Positions 20,326 to 31,397 of a stretch of 59,663 nt of DNA are shown piece by piece. The translations under genes were made by a program, and so were the position numbers. This stretch comes from Nitrospinota bacterium (GTDB lineage Bacteria > UBA8248), in contig JASLZZ010000096.1 in the NCBI GenBank assembly GCA_030754595.1, positions 1 to 59,663 on the forward strand, in the 5' to 3' direction. The notes under the pieces were generated by a model. It worked only from the letters and a program-made list of their open reading frames with translations, had not been told where the DNA came from and did not search any database. Position 1 is the stretch's first letter; each line of letters starts with the position of its first letter.

Positions 20326-23300
20326 ATGCACCGATCGATGCCTCCCCCCCCCGCCGACTCCTCCGGTGCAGAGGAGGCGTCCCTTTACTCGGCCATCAGC
20401 GCTACCGTTAAAAAAATCCTTCAGGAAAAAGATCTGAAACAGGGCCTCAAGGTGATTTGTGAGGAGGCGTGCCGAATCCTCGGGGCGGACCGTTCCCTTG
20501 TCATCCGGAGGATTGACGATTCAAACCAAAGGGAAATTCTGTATGCCAACAACATGCCCGTGGAATATCTCGAAAAGCTTGCCGCCAGCCGGGCCGAAAC
20601 GATGATGGCGGTTGTTTTTCGAAACCAAAAACTCAAGGTATTTTCGGATGTGGGCCGTGACTCGAATATTTTCGATCCGGAAGATATCCGAAAAATCGGG
20701 CTTCGCACCCTGTGTGCCATTCCTCTCGTCGTCGGAGGAGAGTCTTATGCCGCTCTTCTTCTTCACCACCTTAAAGAGCGGAAATACAGTTCCGGGGATC
20801 TTCAGATCGCCTAAGCCTTTGGCGACCTCGCTTCGATGGCAATTGAAAAAACTCTTTTGCTCGCCGAAAACGAAGACCGGGCGGCTCGGATGGAAATTGT
20901 CGGGAGAATCGCGAAAATCGCGGGTTCTTCCCTGGAGCCGGATGAGCTTTTCCGGGCCATCGCCAGGGAGATTCGCCACAGCGTTTGCTGTGATCGGTGC
21001 GTGGTGGGGAGCGTCGATCCAGAAACAGAGGTTATCCGCCAATTCGTTGAAGACGCAGACACTCCGATGGGGCCGCCCGCGAGTAATGAAGATCGAAAGG
21101 GCGGAATTATCACTCGATTCGTCTACGAAACAAGGCGGCCGGTCAACGTCCCGGATATTCCGGGGAGCCAATGGCGGGAGAGCCTGTATGTCAAGGCGGG
21201 GTATCGCAGCGCTCTGGTCATCCCCACCATCCAGGAGGGCCGCTGCGTCGCCCACATGAGCCTCCAGAGCAGACAAGCCAATGCTTTCTCCAAAGAACAC
21301 GAGGACCTGCTCAACTCCATCGCCAGCCACCTGAGCCCCGCTATCCGAAATGCCGGTCTCTACCAGGCTGCCGAAGATCGCGCCTCCCGCCTTGCCGTCC
21401 TGAACGAACTCAGCCAGAAGATCACCGAAAATCTTGACCTCAACGAGGTGCTCGATAATATTGCGCATGCTGCGATGAATCTCCTAAATGGAGACCATTC
21501 ACGGATTTTCCTCTTGGATGAAATCTCCGAGATGATCATTCTGAGGGCTTCGTACGGGGATGAGAGCGACCCTGGAGATACAAAAGATTCCTTCAGGCTT
21601 GGCGAGGGTTTCATCGGAAAGATGGTTCAGTCGGGCGACGAGGTGCTCATCGGAGATGTGCAGGAGGATCCTGCCTGGGTCAACGTCCGTTGGGCGAAGG
21701 AGTGGGACCTCCACTCCTATCTCGGACAACCCCTGCGCCGGGGGGGAAAGATCATCGGCGCGATCGTTTGCCTATCGAAAAATAAAGACGCTTTCGAGCA
21801 GGGGATTCAATCCTTCTAAATGCCCTGGCTTCCCAGGCCGCCATTGCCATCGAGAACGCGCGTCTTCACGAGAAGGCGCATCGCAGCCGGAATTTTCTCG
21901 AGAGCGTTGTTGGCGACTCCGCCGATCCGATTATCATCGTCGATCAAGAACGAAGAATCACCCTATGGAACTCGAGGGCCGAAGCGTTATACGGCTATAC
22001 GGAGGCGGAGGTCATTAGTCGCCATGTGAACCTGATCGTCCCGGAGGAATTAAGAGAGATTACGGATCGATTCAATGAAGAGTTGTTGGCGGAAGGAAAA
22101 CCGATCACCGTCGAATGCGAAAGGATTCGAAAGGACGGGACGGTTGTTTCTATTAGAACGACGCTTTCGCCCGTGAGTCTAGCGGACGGAACGCATATCG
22201 CCAACGCCGGAATCCATCGGGATATCACCGGACGAAAGCGAGCGGAAGAGGAGCTTGTTCGCGCAAAAAACGAGGCCGAATCGGCGAACTCGGCAAAAAG
22301 CGAATTCCTCTCCAATATGAGCCACGAGCTCCGCTCGCCGCTCAATGCCGTAGTCGGTTTCAGCGATATAATCCTGCTCCAGTCCGATCAGGAGAAAATC
22401 CGGGGATTCGCCGAAAAAATCAAGGACTCGGGCCACTATCTGACGCGATTAATCGAGGAGCTTCTTGATCTCGATCGGATTGACGAGGGAAAGGTCCGCC
22501 TCGAGATGGAGAATATTTCCATAAACGATCTTGTATCCGAAGTTGCCGCTGCGTGGCAGCTTCGGCTGCCGGATGAATTTTCTCTTCGATGCGAACTCGA
22601 TTTTAGCGGTGGCCCGGTATTTTGCGATCCGACGTGGATTAGGCAGATACTTACGAATCTTATGGAAAACGCCGTGAAATATTCGCACCGGGGCGGCCTG
22701 CTGACGATTCGGACGGAGGCAAAATCAGAGGAACTATGGGTGAGCGTTCAGGACGAGGGAATGGGAATCGATCCCGTAGATAAGGAAGTGATATTCGACC
22801 GTTTCCGGCAACTGGAGAGCGGTTACAGAAGAAGCGCCGGAGGATTGGGGATTGGGTTGAACCTTGTCCAGAAACTTGTCGAGCTTCACGGTGGCCGCGT
22901 ATGGGTGGAGAGCAAGAAGGACGTGGGAAGCGTGTTTACCTTCTCTTTGCCGTGCCCAGCGGTAAGGCAGGGAGAGCCCGATGTGGGCGGCAAGGAAGGC
23001 GGGAGCGGCGGCGCCGAGCCCTGGACCGGGAAACGCATTCTGCTGATGGACGATGTGGAACACTATCACGAATATCTGAGATTGCTCATGGACTCGGCCG
23101 AGGCGTTCTATTCCGCCTATAACGGCTTAGAAGGCGTGGAGGCGGCGATTCGCCACAAGCCCGATTTGGTATTGATGGACTTGCGTATGCCAGTGCTCGA
23201 CGGATTTGACACCACCGCCCGAATCAAGGCCGCGCACGAAACGCGGAATATCCCTCTCGTAGCCGTAACGGCGCAGGCAACGTACGAGGATAAGGAGAGG

Positions 23301-23387
23301 ATTAGTGCCGCGGGCGCGGACGGTTTCGTAACCAAACCCATCGGTCTCCAGCTCTTTCGGAAGACACTCGAAAATATATTTCGATAG
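20326..23387 (+). pseudogene. GAF-GAF-GAF-PAS-HisKA-HATPase-REC hybrid histidine kinase, disrupted
   Basis: In-frame TAA at 20812-20814 (QIA*AFGDLASMAIE); frameshift at the G4 run 21801-21804 into DSILLNALASQAAIAIENARL, continuous with PAS, SHELRSPL, G-boxes and REC (LMDLRMP, TKP). Confidence 0.85.
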
Positions 23388-23545
23388 CGGGCCACGAAAA
23401 AGATTCTGTCGGTCTCCTGGCGTTCAATCGTTTCGGTATCCATCGTGTTCCGCCCTTTGTTTAGAAATGATAGAGTTCCGGGCTTGGCGATATTTTGTGA
23501 ATCCGATGGCGCTGGTTTTATCTATGTTGGCAATAGGGGAAATTG

Positions 23546-24580
23546 ATGACGTTTGAACCGGTGCGCGTGGCCTCGATGGGGCTCGGGCGGTGGGCCAATG
23601 TATTGGCGGACGCCTCCCTTCGCGGGGGCAAGATTAAAATTGTGTCGTGTTTCAGCAGGACACCCGAGAAGCGGCAGGATTTCATGAACCGCTACGGTTC
23701 CCGCCAGGCGGAGAGTTTCGACGCCCTATTGAGCGACGATGAGGTTGAGGCCGTCATTCTCACCACGCCTAACCATAATCACCTGGAGCATATCGAGGCG
23801 ATCGCCTCGGCCGGCAAGCACGTTTATTGCGAAAAGCCCATCGCTCATAGTCTCGATCATGCCCGGAAAGTCGTGGATGTGGTCGACGCCGCCGGGACGC
23901 GCCTGGCCATCGGCCACAGCGCCCGGCGCCTGACGGTCTCCCGCCGCCTCAAGGAATTGATCGACTCGGGCGGCCTCGGAGATGTGTCCATCAATGAGAG
24001 TAACTTTTGCACGGAGCGTGGCCTCGAGCTGACTCCCGACAAGTGGCGCTCCAGCGCCGAACTCAACCCGACCGGCGTTGTCATTCAACTATCCATTCAC
24101 CACATCGATACTTTCCGTTATCTCCATGGCCCCATCCGGAGCGTCACGGCCCGAATGAAGCGGATGCACGCGACCGCCGATGTCGAAGACTCGGCGATGA
24201 TCATCATGGAGCATGAAAACGGTATTTTGTCCTACACTGGAGGTGGGTGGTCTTGCCCGTGGGCGTTTCACATGAATGTCCATGGGACGAAGGCGGTGGC
24301 CCATTTCCGCATTACCGGCCAGCAGTGGCGGGACCCCTCAAAGGCCCCGGAGCCGATTCGGCTGCACATCGACCGGGAACCCCTGGGCGATAAAACCGTC
24401 CTCGATATGCCGGATGGAGATATGTTTCGAGACGCGCTCGAGGATTTCGCGGATTGTGTGCGCGAGGACCGGAGCCCCGAGGTGGACGGGCGGGTAGCTT
24501 TTGAGGACCTGGCCGTTGTTTATGCCGCCGCCGAGAGTTCCCGGACCCGAAAGACAGTCGAAATGAAGGATTTTCTTTAG
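23546..24580 (+). CDS. Gfo/Idh/MocA-family NAD(P)-dependent oxidoreductase
   Basis: GLGRWA, TPNHNH, GKHVYCEKP, IHHID. Confidence 0.9.
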   Translation: MTFEPVRVASMGLGRWANVLADASLRGGKIKIVSCFSRTPEKRQDFMNRYGSRQAESFDALLSDDEVEAVILTTPNHNHLEHIEAIASAGKHVYCEKPIAHSLDHARKVVDVVDAAGTRLAIGHSARRLTVSRRLKELIDSGGLGDVSINESNFCTERGLELTPDKWRSSAELNPTGVVIQLSIHHIDTFRYLHGPIRSVTARMKRMHATADVEDSAMIIMEHENGILSYTGGGWSCPWAFHMNVHGTKAVAHFRITGQQWRDPSKAPEPIRLHIDREPLGDKTVLDMPDGDMFRDALEDFADCVREDRSPEVDGRVAFEDLAVVYAAAESSRTRKTVEMKDFL

Positions 24581-24651
24581 ACCCGAGGGCCTCGGCGGTA
24601 GGCACGCGGCCCCTGGGCCGGTGGCCCCGGCGGACCGGAAAAAAAATTCAA

Positions 24652-25092
24652 ATGAACCAGACTCTCTCATTAAATGATGGCGAAATCCGGGAGATTATCC
24701 GAGCCTATTTCGAGGTGCTCGAGGACGGCGGCGCGGAATCGTGCTTCGGGCAGGAAAGGGGTTTTCCCTATCCGAAGGAGCTGATCTCAAGGGCGCTTGT
24801 GGCCGCGCTCAGGCGGTGGCCCGATGGTTCCGACTGGGAGCGGTGGCGCGCCGGATTCATCGAGATGGAGCGCTTTCTCGGCGAAGTGGACTGGGATCTC
24901 GTCGAGGAATTCTCGGCCAGGGCCAATGAAGGCCCCGAAGCCATCCTGGCGATGGACATGGCCCGAATGCAGGCGGCGAACAGCATCACGCGTGCGGTCA
25001 GTCTCCGCAAACTCAGGCGCATGGAGGAGATAAATGATCTTTCTCTTCCCGGGATGAACACCGGGTCCGTGAAACGGGACGGCGAGGATTGA
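24652..25092 (+). CDS. Hypothetical protein
   Basis: 146-aa ORF with ATG start filling the gap between two genes; no recognised motif. Confidence 0.55.
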   Translation: MNQTLSLNDGEIREIIRAYFEVLEDGGAESCFGQERGFPYPKELISRALVAALRRWPDGSDWERWRAGFIEMERFLGEVDWDLVEEFSARANEGPEAILAMDMARMQAANSITRAVSLRKLRRMEEINDLSLPGMNTGSVKRDGED

Positions 25093-25108
25093 TTTCCCGA
25101 AAAATTTC

Positions 25109-25777
25109 TCAAACCCCTCCGTGCGCTTTGGACCAGCTTTCCGGGTCGTCCAGGAACTTCTTGATTTCAGCCGATTCGTCCGCGTTGAAGTATCCTTTCG
25201 CCTGACCGACTTCGAGATTTGTCTTCCAGTCGGTTAGCCCGTGAAGGGTGATTTCTGCGTCCGATATGATTTTCTCGGCGGTGGGATATACGCCGTAGAA
25301 AAATACAACGATGGCGTGGTCCACCTCTCCGCCGGCCTCGCGGATTGCGTTGCAGAAATTCACCTTGCTCTTCCCGTCGGTGGCAAGGTCTTCCACAAGG
25401 AGAACCCTCTGGCCTTCCTCGAGGTCCCCTTCGATCTGGTTCTTGCGCCCAAACCCTTTTTTCTCTTTTCGAACGTAGATCATTGGCTCGTAGAAGTATT
25501 CTGAGAGCCATGCGGCAAAGGGGATTCCGGCGGTTTCCCCGCCCGCGATGATATCGAAATTATTCCGGCCGATTTTGGAGTCAACCTCCTCGGCGGCGAT
25601 GTGGATAATCTCCCGGCGCTGGCGGGGCGTGGAGATGATTTTCCGGCAATCCACATAGACCGGGCTTGCCCACCCGGAAGTGAAGATAAAGGGATCATTC
25701 AGGTTGCAGTGAACCGCCTTGATTTCGAACAGGAGTTCCGAGACCCGGGCCCTTCTCTCAATGAGTTGTATGCTCAC
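25109..25777 (-). CDS. pyrE: Orotate phosphoribosyltransferase
   Basis: FTSGWASPVYVDCR, GGETAGIP, VEDLATDG PRPP loop; GTG 25777 with GAGGA RBS. Confidence 0.92.
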   Translation of the reverse strand: MSIQLIERRARVSELLFEIKAVHCNLNDPFIFTSGWASPVYVDCRKIISTPRQRREIIHIAAEEVDSKIGRNNFDIIAGGETAGIPFAAWLSEYFYEPMIYVRKEKKGFGRKNQIEGDLEEGQRVLLVEDLATDGKSKVNFCNAIREAGGEVDHAIVVFFYGVYPTAEKIISDAEITLHGLTDWKTNLEVGQAKGYFNADESAEIKKFLDDPESWSKAHGGV

Positions 25778-25888
25778 GCCATTTGTCCTCTTGTTGAAAA
25801 TGAAAAAAGACTCTTTGCCCCGGAGCAAAATTGGCCGGGCGGTGAAATCCATCCGGGGGAAACGGTATAAGCGCTTTCGGCGCGTGAA

Positions 25889-26659
25889 TTATTTTTCGGT
25901 TTTGCCGTTTAATATTTCGTTGCGGCGGTGCTGATCGTAAATACTTCGTATTAAAGAGTAAAAATCAAGAGAATCGCGCTTGAGTTGATCGAGCGACTCG
26001 ATGTTTCGCGACCGAAAATCCACAGCGTCGGTCCCCCGCATTCCGTAAAGCCAGATATCGGCGTCGTTGGCGGCGGCGATATAGGTCAGCGGGTTGAGGA
26101 AAGTGTCGACGGCCTTGCCCGTGGTGCCCCGCAATGAAGAGGGGCCGAGGACCGGAAGCACCAGGTAGGGTCCCTCTTTGACGCCGTGAACGGCGAGGGT
26201 CTGCCCGAAATCCTCGGAGTGGTATGAGTAACCCATGTCGAAGGCGACATCGAAAAGGCCGCCGACGCCGAGGGTGGAGTTGACCAAAAACCGCGCCAAG
26301 GTGTCGTTTGCCCGTTCTCCCTCGCCTTGTAGTAAATCGTTGGCTAGGATGACGGGTGAATTCAGGTTCCGGATAAAATTTCGAATCGAATCCCGCACGG
26401 GCTCGGGCAATACATTCCTGTATGCCTCGGCCAAGGGTTTGCCAATCGCATCGTCCAGGAAGAGATTGAAATCGAACATCGCCCGGTTGAAGGATTCAAG
26501 GGGGTCGCTTATTTCATTATCGGGTTCAGCGTCTTTCTCCTGAGCCGGGAGGGAGGAGGCGCTGAAGGCGACTAGCATCACAGCTATAACCAGTGTTCCA
26601 AGGCCGCGCACGGAGGGTCGGAGGATTTCCGAAGAAAAAAACGAATTTGAAAATTTCAA
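25889..26659 (-). CDS. mlaA: MlaA/VacJ-family protein
   Basis: DPLESFNR, NSTLGVGGLFD, EDFGQTL, GPYLVLPVLGPS; TTG 26659 with GGAGA RBS (start inferred). Confidence 0.88.
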   Translation of the reverse strand: MKFSNSFFSSEILRPSVRGLGTLVIAVMLVAFSASSLPAQEKDAEPDNEISDPLESFNRAMFDFNLFLDDAIGKPLAEAYRNVLPEPVRDSIRNFIRNLNSPVILANDLLQGEGERANDTLARFLVNSTLGVGGLFDVAFDMGYSYHSEDFGQTLAVHGVKEGPYLVLPVLGPSSLRGTTGKAVDTFLNPLTYIAAANDADIWLYGMRGTDAVDFRSRNIESLDQLKRDSLDFYSLIRSIYDQHRRNEILNGKTEK

Positions 26660-27081
26660 TATAGCATCTCCAGAAGAAATCGGGGCGCCCGGCTGTGAAC
26701 AGCCCCGGAACATTAGCATGAAATAAGTTGTTTTAGCCATTCGGCGGAATATACGGCAAAGGCCGGCGGCCCACCGTGTTTAATGGAGGGAGGGGGGGCG
26801 GCTGAGCAGTTTGGGGCGGATCTTCATGGAGGGGGGATTTTCGATCTTCTTACTTTCTGAAAACCTCATTCTCAAGGTTTCTCGTACTTGCGATCCAAAG
26901 CCCGGAGGTTAATTTATCAATTGGGGTTATATCGAAGTGTCGGCTTCTGGGTTAAAAGTGCTAGAATGGTTCGTGCCGATTCTGGGAGGTTTTTTTCGGG
27001 GACCTCAACCTGTTAAGTTGACTGACAGGCTACAATTGTGTAAATTTAATTATTGTAAGAATTATTGACTATGGAGTCGAG

Positions 27082-27239
27082 ATGGTCGATAGTATTGAAG
27101 CCCCGGCATATTTGCCACCCAGCGCTCCGCCGCCAGAACCTACAGCTTCGGTTGACCACCTCTCGAAGCGGAAGGCAGCAGTGAGCCGCAGCCGTCCTCG
27201 GACCCTGCGAAGGGCGCAGTCGTTGATACTCAAGCATAA
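27082..27239 (+). pseudogene. Small Pro-rich protein with a C-terminal G-x-x-V-D-x-x-A motif (YjfB/motility-type), frameshifted
   Basis: GGAG RBS then MVDSIEAPAYLPPSAPPPEPTASV; the other frame from 27156 reads PPLEAEGSSEPQPSSDPAKGAVVDTQA*. Confidence 0.45.
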
Positions 27240-27275
27240 AAGCCCGTGTTAGTGGATCCAACAGAGGATTAATCC

Positions 27276-28139
27276 ATGAGCCAGGTGAGGGGGAATTTCG
27301 AGCGCGCTCTGGTTGAGGTGGGCGCTCTTCCACCGATTTCAAATGTATTTCAGAAAATTATTGAAATCACCAATGATGAAGGCGGCTCCCGCGATGAATT
27401 AATCCATTGCGTCACGCTCGATTAGGGCATCGCCTCGAAAGTGCTTCAACTCATCAATTCGGCCTACTACGGAATAAAACAGCGGGTATCCAGCCTCGAA
27501 ATTGCGGTGGGTCTTTTGGGGGACAAGCAAATCCGGGACATTGCAATCATCTGCGCTTCCTCGGTCCTCCTCCGCAGCGACATTCGCGGCTATGGAATTC
27601 CAGCCGATCAATTCTGGCAGCATTCGGTGACAACTGCCTTCGCCGGGCGCTTGATCGCCGCGAAATTCAGACCTGAGTTGAGTGAGGCAGCATTTACGGC
27701 GGGATTGCTTCACGACATCGGTAAATTGGTGATCGACCGCCTGATTGAAGAGCATCACAGAGAAATATTCTGGCCGCTCGCCGGGGAGATAGCGCTTGGA
27801 TACCACTCAAGGGAAATCGATTTGTACGGGTTCGATCATTGTACTGTAGGGTTTTTCCTTGCGAGAAAATGGAATTTCCCCGAGGACCTGACCGCGGCGA
27901 TCTCTTTTCACCATTACCCCGATTTCGACGTTGCCCATCAGGACTTTGTTCGCGTTATAGGCTTCGCGGATACGGTGGCCCATTTGATGGCCATGGGAAT
28001 GGACGAACCGGGTATGGTCTCCTCGCTGGCCGAGGAGGGGACGATTCCCTTTGAATTTTCACTGCGGGATATCGAGGAAATATTTTCGGAATTGAAAGTG
28101 GAAATTGGCAACTCTCAGGCGTTCCTGGAAGTTTCGTAA
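27276..28139 (+). pseudogene. HDOD-domain signalling protein with a premature stop
   Basis: MSQVRG...LPPIS...VTLD*GIASKVLQLINSA with TAG at 27423-27425; FWQHS, GLLHDIGK and WNFP motifs downstream. Confidence 0.85.
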
Positions 28140-28177
28140 AATCTACCTTCATATTTTTTGAACAAGGCGGAAAGAAC

Positions 28178-28561
28178 TTGGCGGAAATATTAATCGCTGC
28201 ACACGACGAGGCGTTGCGTCAACTTCTGGGGACCGCTCTCCGGCGCTTTGACCACCACGTCACCATGTCGGTCAACGGGGAACATATTCTATACCTTCTG
28301 CGCCAGGATATTTTCGATCTCGTTATCCTCGACGAGTCGCTTCAGGATACGACGGCATTGAGCATTTTGGAGCGGTTAAACGGTTCGAGAAGCCCCGACT
28401 CGAAAATCATCGTTCTAGGCGCGAACACCTCCGAGGGGTTCATCAAGGAATGTCTCCAGGCCGGAGCCTGTGATTTCATCGTGAAACCCTTGAGCCTGCT
28501 AAAACTGGTCTTGCGGGTGGAAAGTCTTGTGGGCTCGCTGCCGGCCAAAAAGGCGGGATAA
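28178..28561 (+). CDS. Single-domain response regulator (CheY-like)
   Basis: DLVILD phosphoacceptor and GACDFIVKP. Confidence 0.85.
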   Translation: MAEILIAAHDEALRQLLGTALRRFDHHVTMSVNGEHILYLLRQDIFDLVILDESLQDTTALSILERLNGSRSPDSKIIVLGANTSEGFIKECLQAGACDFIVKPLSLLKLVLRVESLVGSLPAKKAG

Positions 28562-28669
28562 TCCGAGGATAGCCCCCGCGAGATCTGAGGCGGCGTTAAC
28601 GTTATCTCCGAGATAGCACGCCGGTTTCCGCTTCTGGCTAGATGATGGGTTCGCATCGCCGGGCCGTGG

Positions 28670-30016
28670 CTATAAGGCTCCCAGTAACCGCCGGGCGGAG
28701 TCCTCAAGCTTCACCTTCAGCCGGGAGATACTCGCCGCAGGATAGTTGAGCGCCGCGGCCTCTTTCACCTTCCGGCCCGCCACGAATACCGTATCCACAT
28801 TCTCTCGTCCCGCGTGGAAAACCACGGCCTGAACCGCGTCGTTGACGGGGAACATGTTAATGTCGCCTGTCCGAATCAGGACGAGATCGGCCTGCTTGCC
28901 CGGAGTGATTGAGCCGATCCTGTCCTCGAGATTGAGGGCATGGGCGTTATTGATCGTGGCCCATTCGAGGGCCCGGCGGGCTGGAAGGATGCTCTTCTCT
29001 CCCGTTTGCCTCGATGCGGCAAAGCGCTGGTTGTCGAAAATGCGCTGACTCTGGAGGGCGAAGCGCATGACGTGGAACATGTCTCCACCGTCATAAATTT
29101 CGATATCGGCGCCGATGGAGGGTCTTCCCCCGAGGGCGAGGACCCTTCCGGTCAAAGACTCGGCGGGATGCTTTTGCATCTCGACCGGGGGGGTGGCCGT
29201 GACCGAGGTGCCCGAGTCCACGATCACCCGCAGCTCGTCCTCCTCGAGGTAGTTTCCGTGGACCACGTTGTGGTCCGGCCCGAGGAGCCCCTCCTTTTCC
29301 AGAAGAAAATAACCCTTCTCCACCAGCCGATCGGGCGTTCCCCAAATATGAGCGCTCGAGAGCAGGCCGTACTCGCGGGCGAGGCGAAAATCGTGAAGCG
29401 TCACTTCGAGCGTTGAATAGTCCGGCCCGAGGATTGCCATCGCCATCGTCACGAGCGCTTCATCGCCCGAGAGCCTCCCCGAGCGGAGCCGTTTGATCTC
29501 TCCGGGGGGATGCGGAATCCGGGAATAGTGGGGCTCGCCTTCCTTGGGGTCGGGCTTGACCGTGCCGTGGCCGAATATGGCGCGCGCACCGGCCTCGAAG
29601 AGGGCGTCTATCGCCGCGTCCGAGTGGGCGGGGGTTGCGTTGTTGTGGCACCAGTCGAATATGGTGGTGGTCCCGGCGTGTAGCTGGCCGAGCGCCCCCA
29701 TCAGGTTGCCCAGGTAAGTGTCCTCGGGTGTGTAAACCGGGGCGAGGCCCGCGTGGACAATCCGGAAGTACTCGCGCCCGGCCCAGTCGCCGCCGATGCC
29801 GCGGAGGGCGGTCTCCCAAGTATGAAGATGTGCATTGACGAGGCCCGGGATGACAATCATCTCCTCGGCGTCGAGGACTTCGGCCACCGGAGCCTCGATC
29901 AGCTTGCCAACCTCGGCGATGAGATCGCCATCGAGGAGGATATCTCCACCCTCAATATCGCCGATTCCGGGGTCCATCGAGATAATGGTCGCGTTTTTGA
30001 TGAGTGTTTTCGCCAT
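28670..30016 (-). CDS. Amidohydrolase family protein (cytosine/adenosine deaminase-like)
   Basis: PGLVNAHLH, VHGN, IGAD, GSITPGKQADL. Confidence 0.88.
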   Translation of the reverse strand: MAKTLIKNATIISMDPGIGDIEGGDILLDGDLIAEVGKLIEAPVAEVLDAEEMIVIPGLVNAHLHTWETALRGIGGDWAGREYFRIVHAGLAPVYTPEDTYLGNLMGALGQLHAGTTTIFDWCHNNATPAHSDAAIDALFEAGARAIFGHGTVKPDPKEGEPHYSRIPHPPGEIKRLRSGRLSGDEALVTMAMAILGPDYSTLEVTLHDFRLAREYGLLSSAHIWGTPDRLVEKGYFLLEKEGLLGPDHNVVHGNYLEEDELRVIVDSGTSVTATPPVEMQKHPAESLTGRVLALGGRPSIGADIEIYDGGDMFHVMRFALQSQRIFDNQRFAASRQTGEKSILPARRALEWATINNAHALNLEDRIGSITPGKQADLVLIRTGDINMFPVNDAVQAVVFHAGRENVDTVFVAGRKVKEAAALNYPAASISRLKVKLEDSARRLLGAL

Positions 30017-30109
30017 GATAAATGTCCGCCTGGAAAATGGAGCGTATATTCTTTATCCGCCACCTCGCCGGAAGATTGTAGCCGGTAGGATTAAAGGGGG
30101 ATGCTCCCG

Positions 30110-30985
30110 TTATTTCGATACGATGACCCATGCGCCCATGACCGACAACAGGCCGCCGAAAACCACCCTCCGGGTGATGGCTTCCTGTTTTCTGAAGAAT
30201 AGCCACGAAAAAAAGATGATCATCAGAACGGAAAGGCGATTGATCGGGAGCACCTCAATCATTTTCCCATTTTTTAATGCGGTCTGGAAAAACACCGCAG
30301 CGGTGGCGTTGCAAAGTCCACCGAGAAGGACGATGAGAACCGGCCGGCGCCGCCAGGAGCGAGGCGTCTCCACGCCGATAAAGGGCATGACGATGAGTGC
30401 AAGAAAAAGGGCGGCAGAGGAGGCAATCCCCATGCCCAGAGCCGCCGAGGGAATCCAAGAGAATCCGAACCTCAGGAAAATATGGGACAGGGCAAGGCAA
30501 AACGCGGTCAACAGCGGGGCCAGATAGTAGCGGGCGGGAATCTCCTTCCGGATCGATGTGTCCTCGGACACCAGGAGAATCGATCCGAGCATGATGGAGA
30601 GTCCTCCAAGCCCTACGCTTAAGGTGATACGCTCTCCGAGAATAAAGACGGCCATAATCGCCGACCAGATGAGGCTGGTCTGTACCACAATGGAGCCTCG
30701 GGCCAGGCCGACGAGCTTGATGGATAAAAAACTGATGTAGCGCGCTCCCATGGTTCCCACGATCCCCACCGCTGCAAACCAGAGGAGGCCCTGAACCGGC
30801 CAATGCTCTACGCCGCCGCTCGCATGGTAGAAAACCCAGGCGACAATGATGGAAACCGAGAGCGATATTAGTGTGGTCGCGGCCGGGCTCATGACGCTCA
30901 GGGCACCCGTATAGAAAGTTCGCGCCGCCGCGACGAAGAAGGCGGCTATCACCGAAGAAAGATTGGGGTCCAGGAAGTCGAGCAA
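30110..30985 (-). CDS. DMT/EamA-family transporter
   Basis: About 10 hydrophobic segments in two repeats (LGERIT, KQEAIT). Confidence 0.8.
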   Translation of the reverse strand: MLDFLDPNLSSVIAAFFVAAARTFYTGALSVMSPAATTLISLSVSIIVAWVFYHASGGVEHWPVQGLLWFAAVGIVGTMGARYISFLSIKLVGLARGSIVVQTSLIWSAIMAVFILGERITLSVGLGGLSIMLGSILLVSEDTSIRKEIPARYYLAPLLTAFCLALSHIFLRFGFSWIPSAALGMGIASSAALFLALIVMPFIGVETPRSWRRRPVLIVLLGGLCNATAAVFFQTALKNGKMIEVLPINRLSVLMIIFFSWLFFRKQEAITRRVVFGGLLSVMGAWVIVSK

Positions 30986-31397
30986 AAAGCCACCCAGGCA
31001 GAGGGAAACGAACGGGCAATTATCACATGGATTCGAGATTTAGGCGATGGAGGCGCGATAACTCGAAATGGGCACCGATGGAATTGTCACCACGCCCATC
31101 GTCATCAAGGCGTTTATTAAAAGAGGCGGGCCGATCCTCCATGAGTCCAAGGAGCGAATTGCGCGGGTGTGTTCTCCCGCGTACATTTTATTTGGTCGAA
31201 ATTCAAGGCATTGAATTTTCCTGTTTGCTGCCGGAAAGTTCACCGGAGAGCCTCTGCTATGGGGCCGGCCGGGCGCGGGCGGATGTCCGGCTCAAGAGCG
31301 GTGTTCCGGTCCCCGTGAATGGGTGATAATTCCCGCGTAACCGAAACCCTTATTTGAATATTGATTGGTAGTCCTAGGCGCTATTCGAGAGGCGGCG

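Noticed and set aside
26953..26982. sigma28 promoter (TAAA...GCCGAT) upstream of the small gene/HDOD unit
   Set aside because: Spacing is 18 nt rather than about 15, so the match is too weak
31027..31326. 99-aa ORF between the EamA and TPR genes
   Set aside because: No motif or clear RBS; probably a divergent intergenic region
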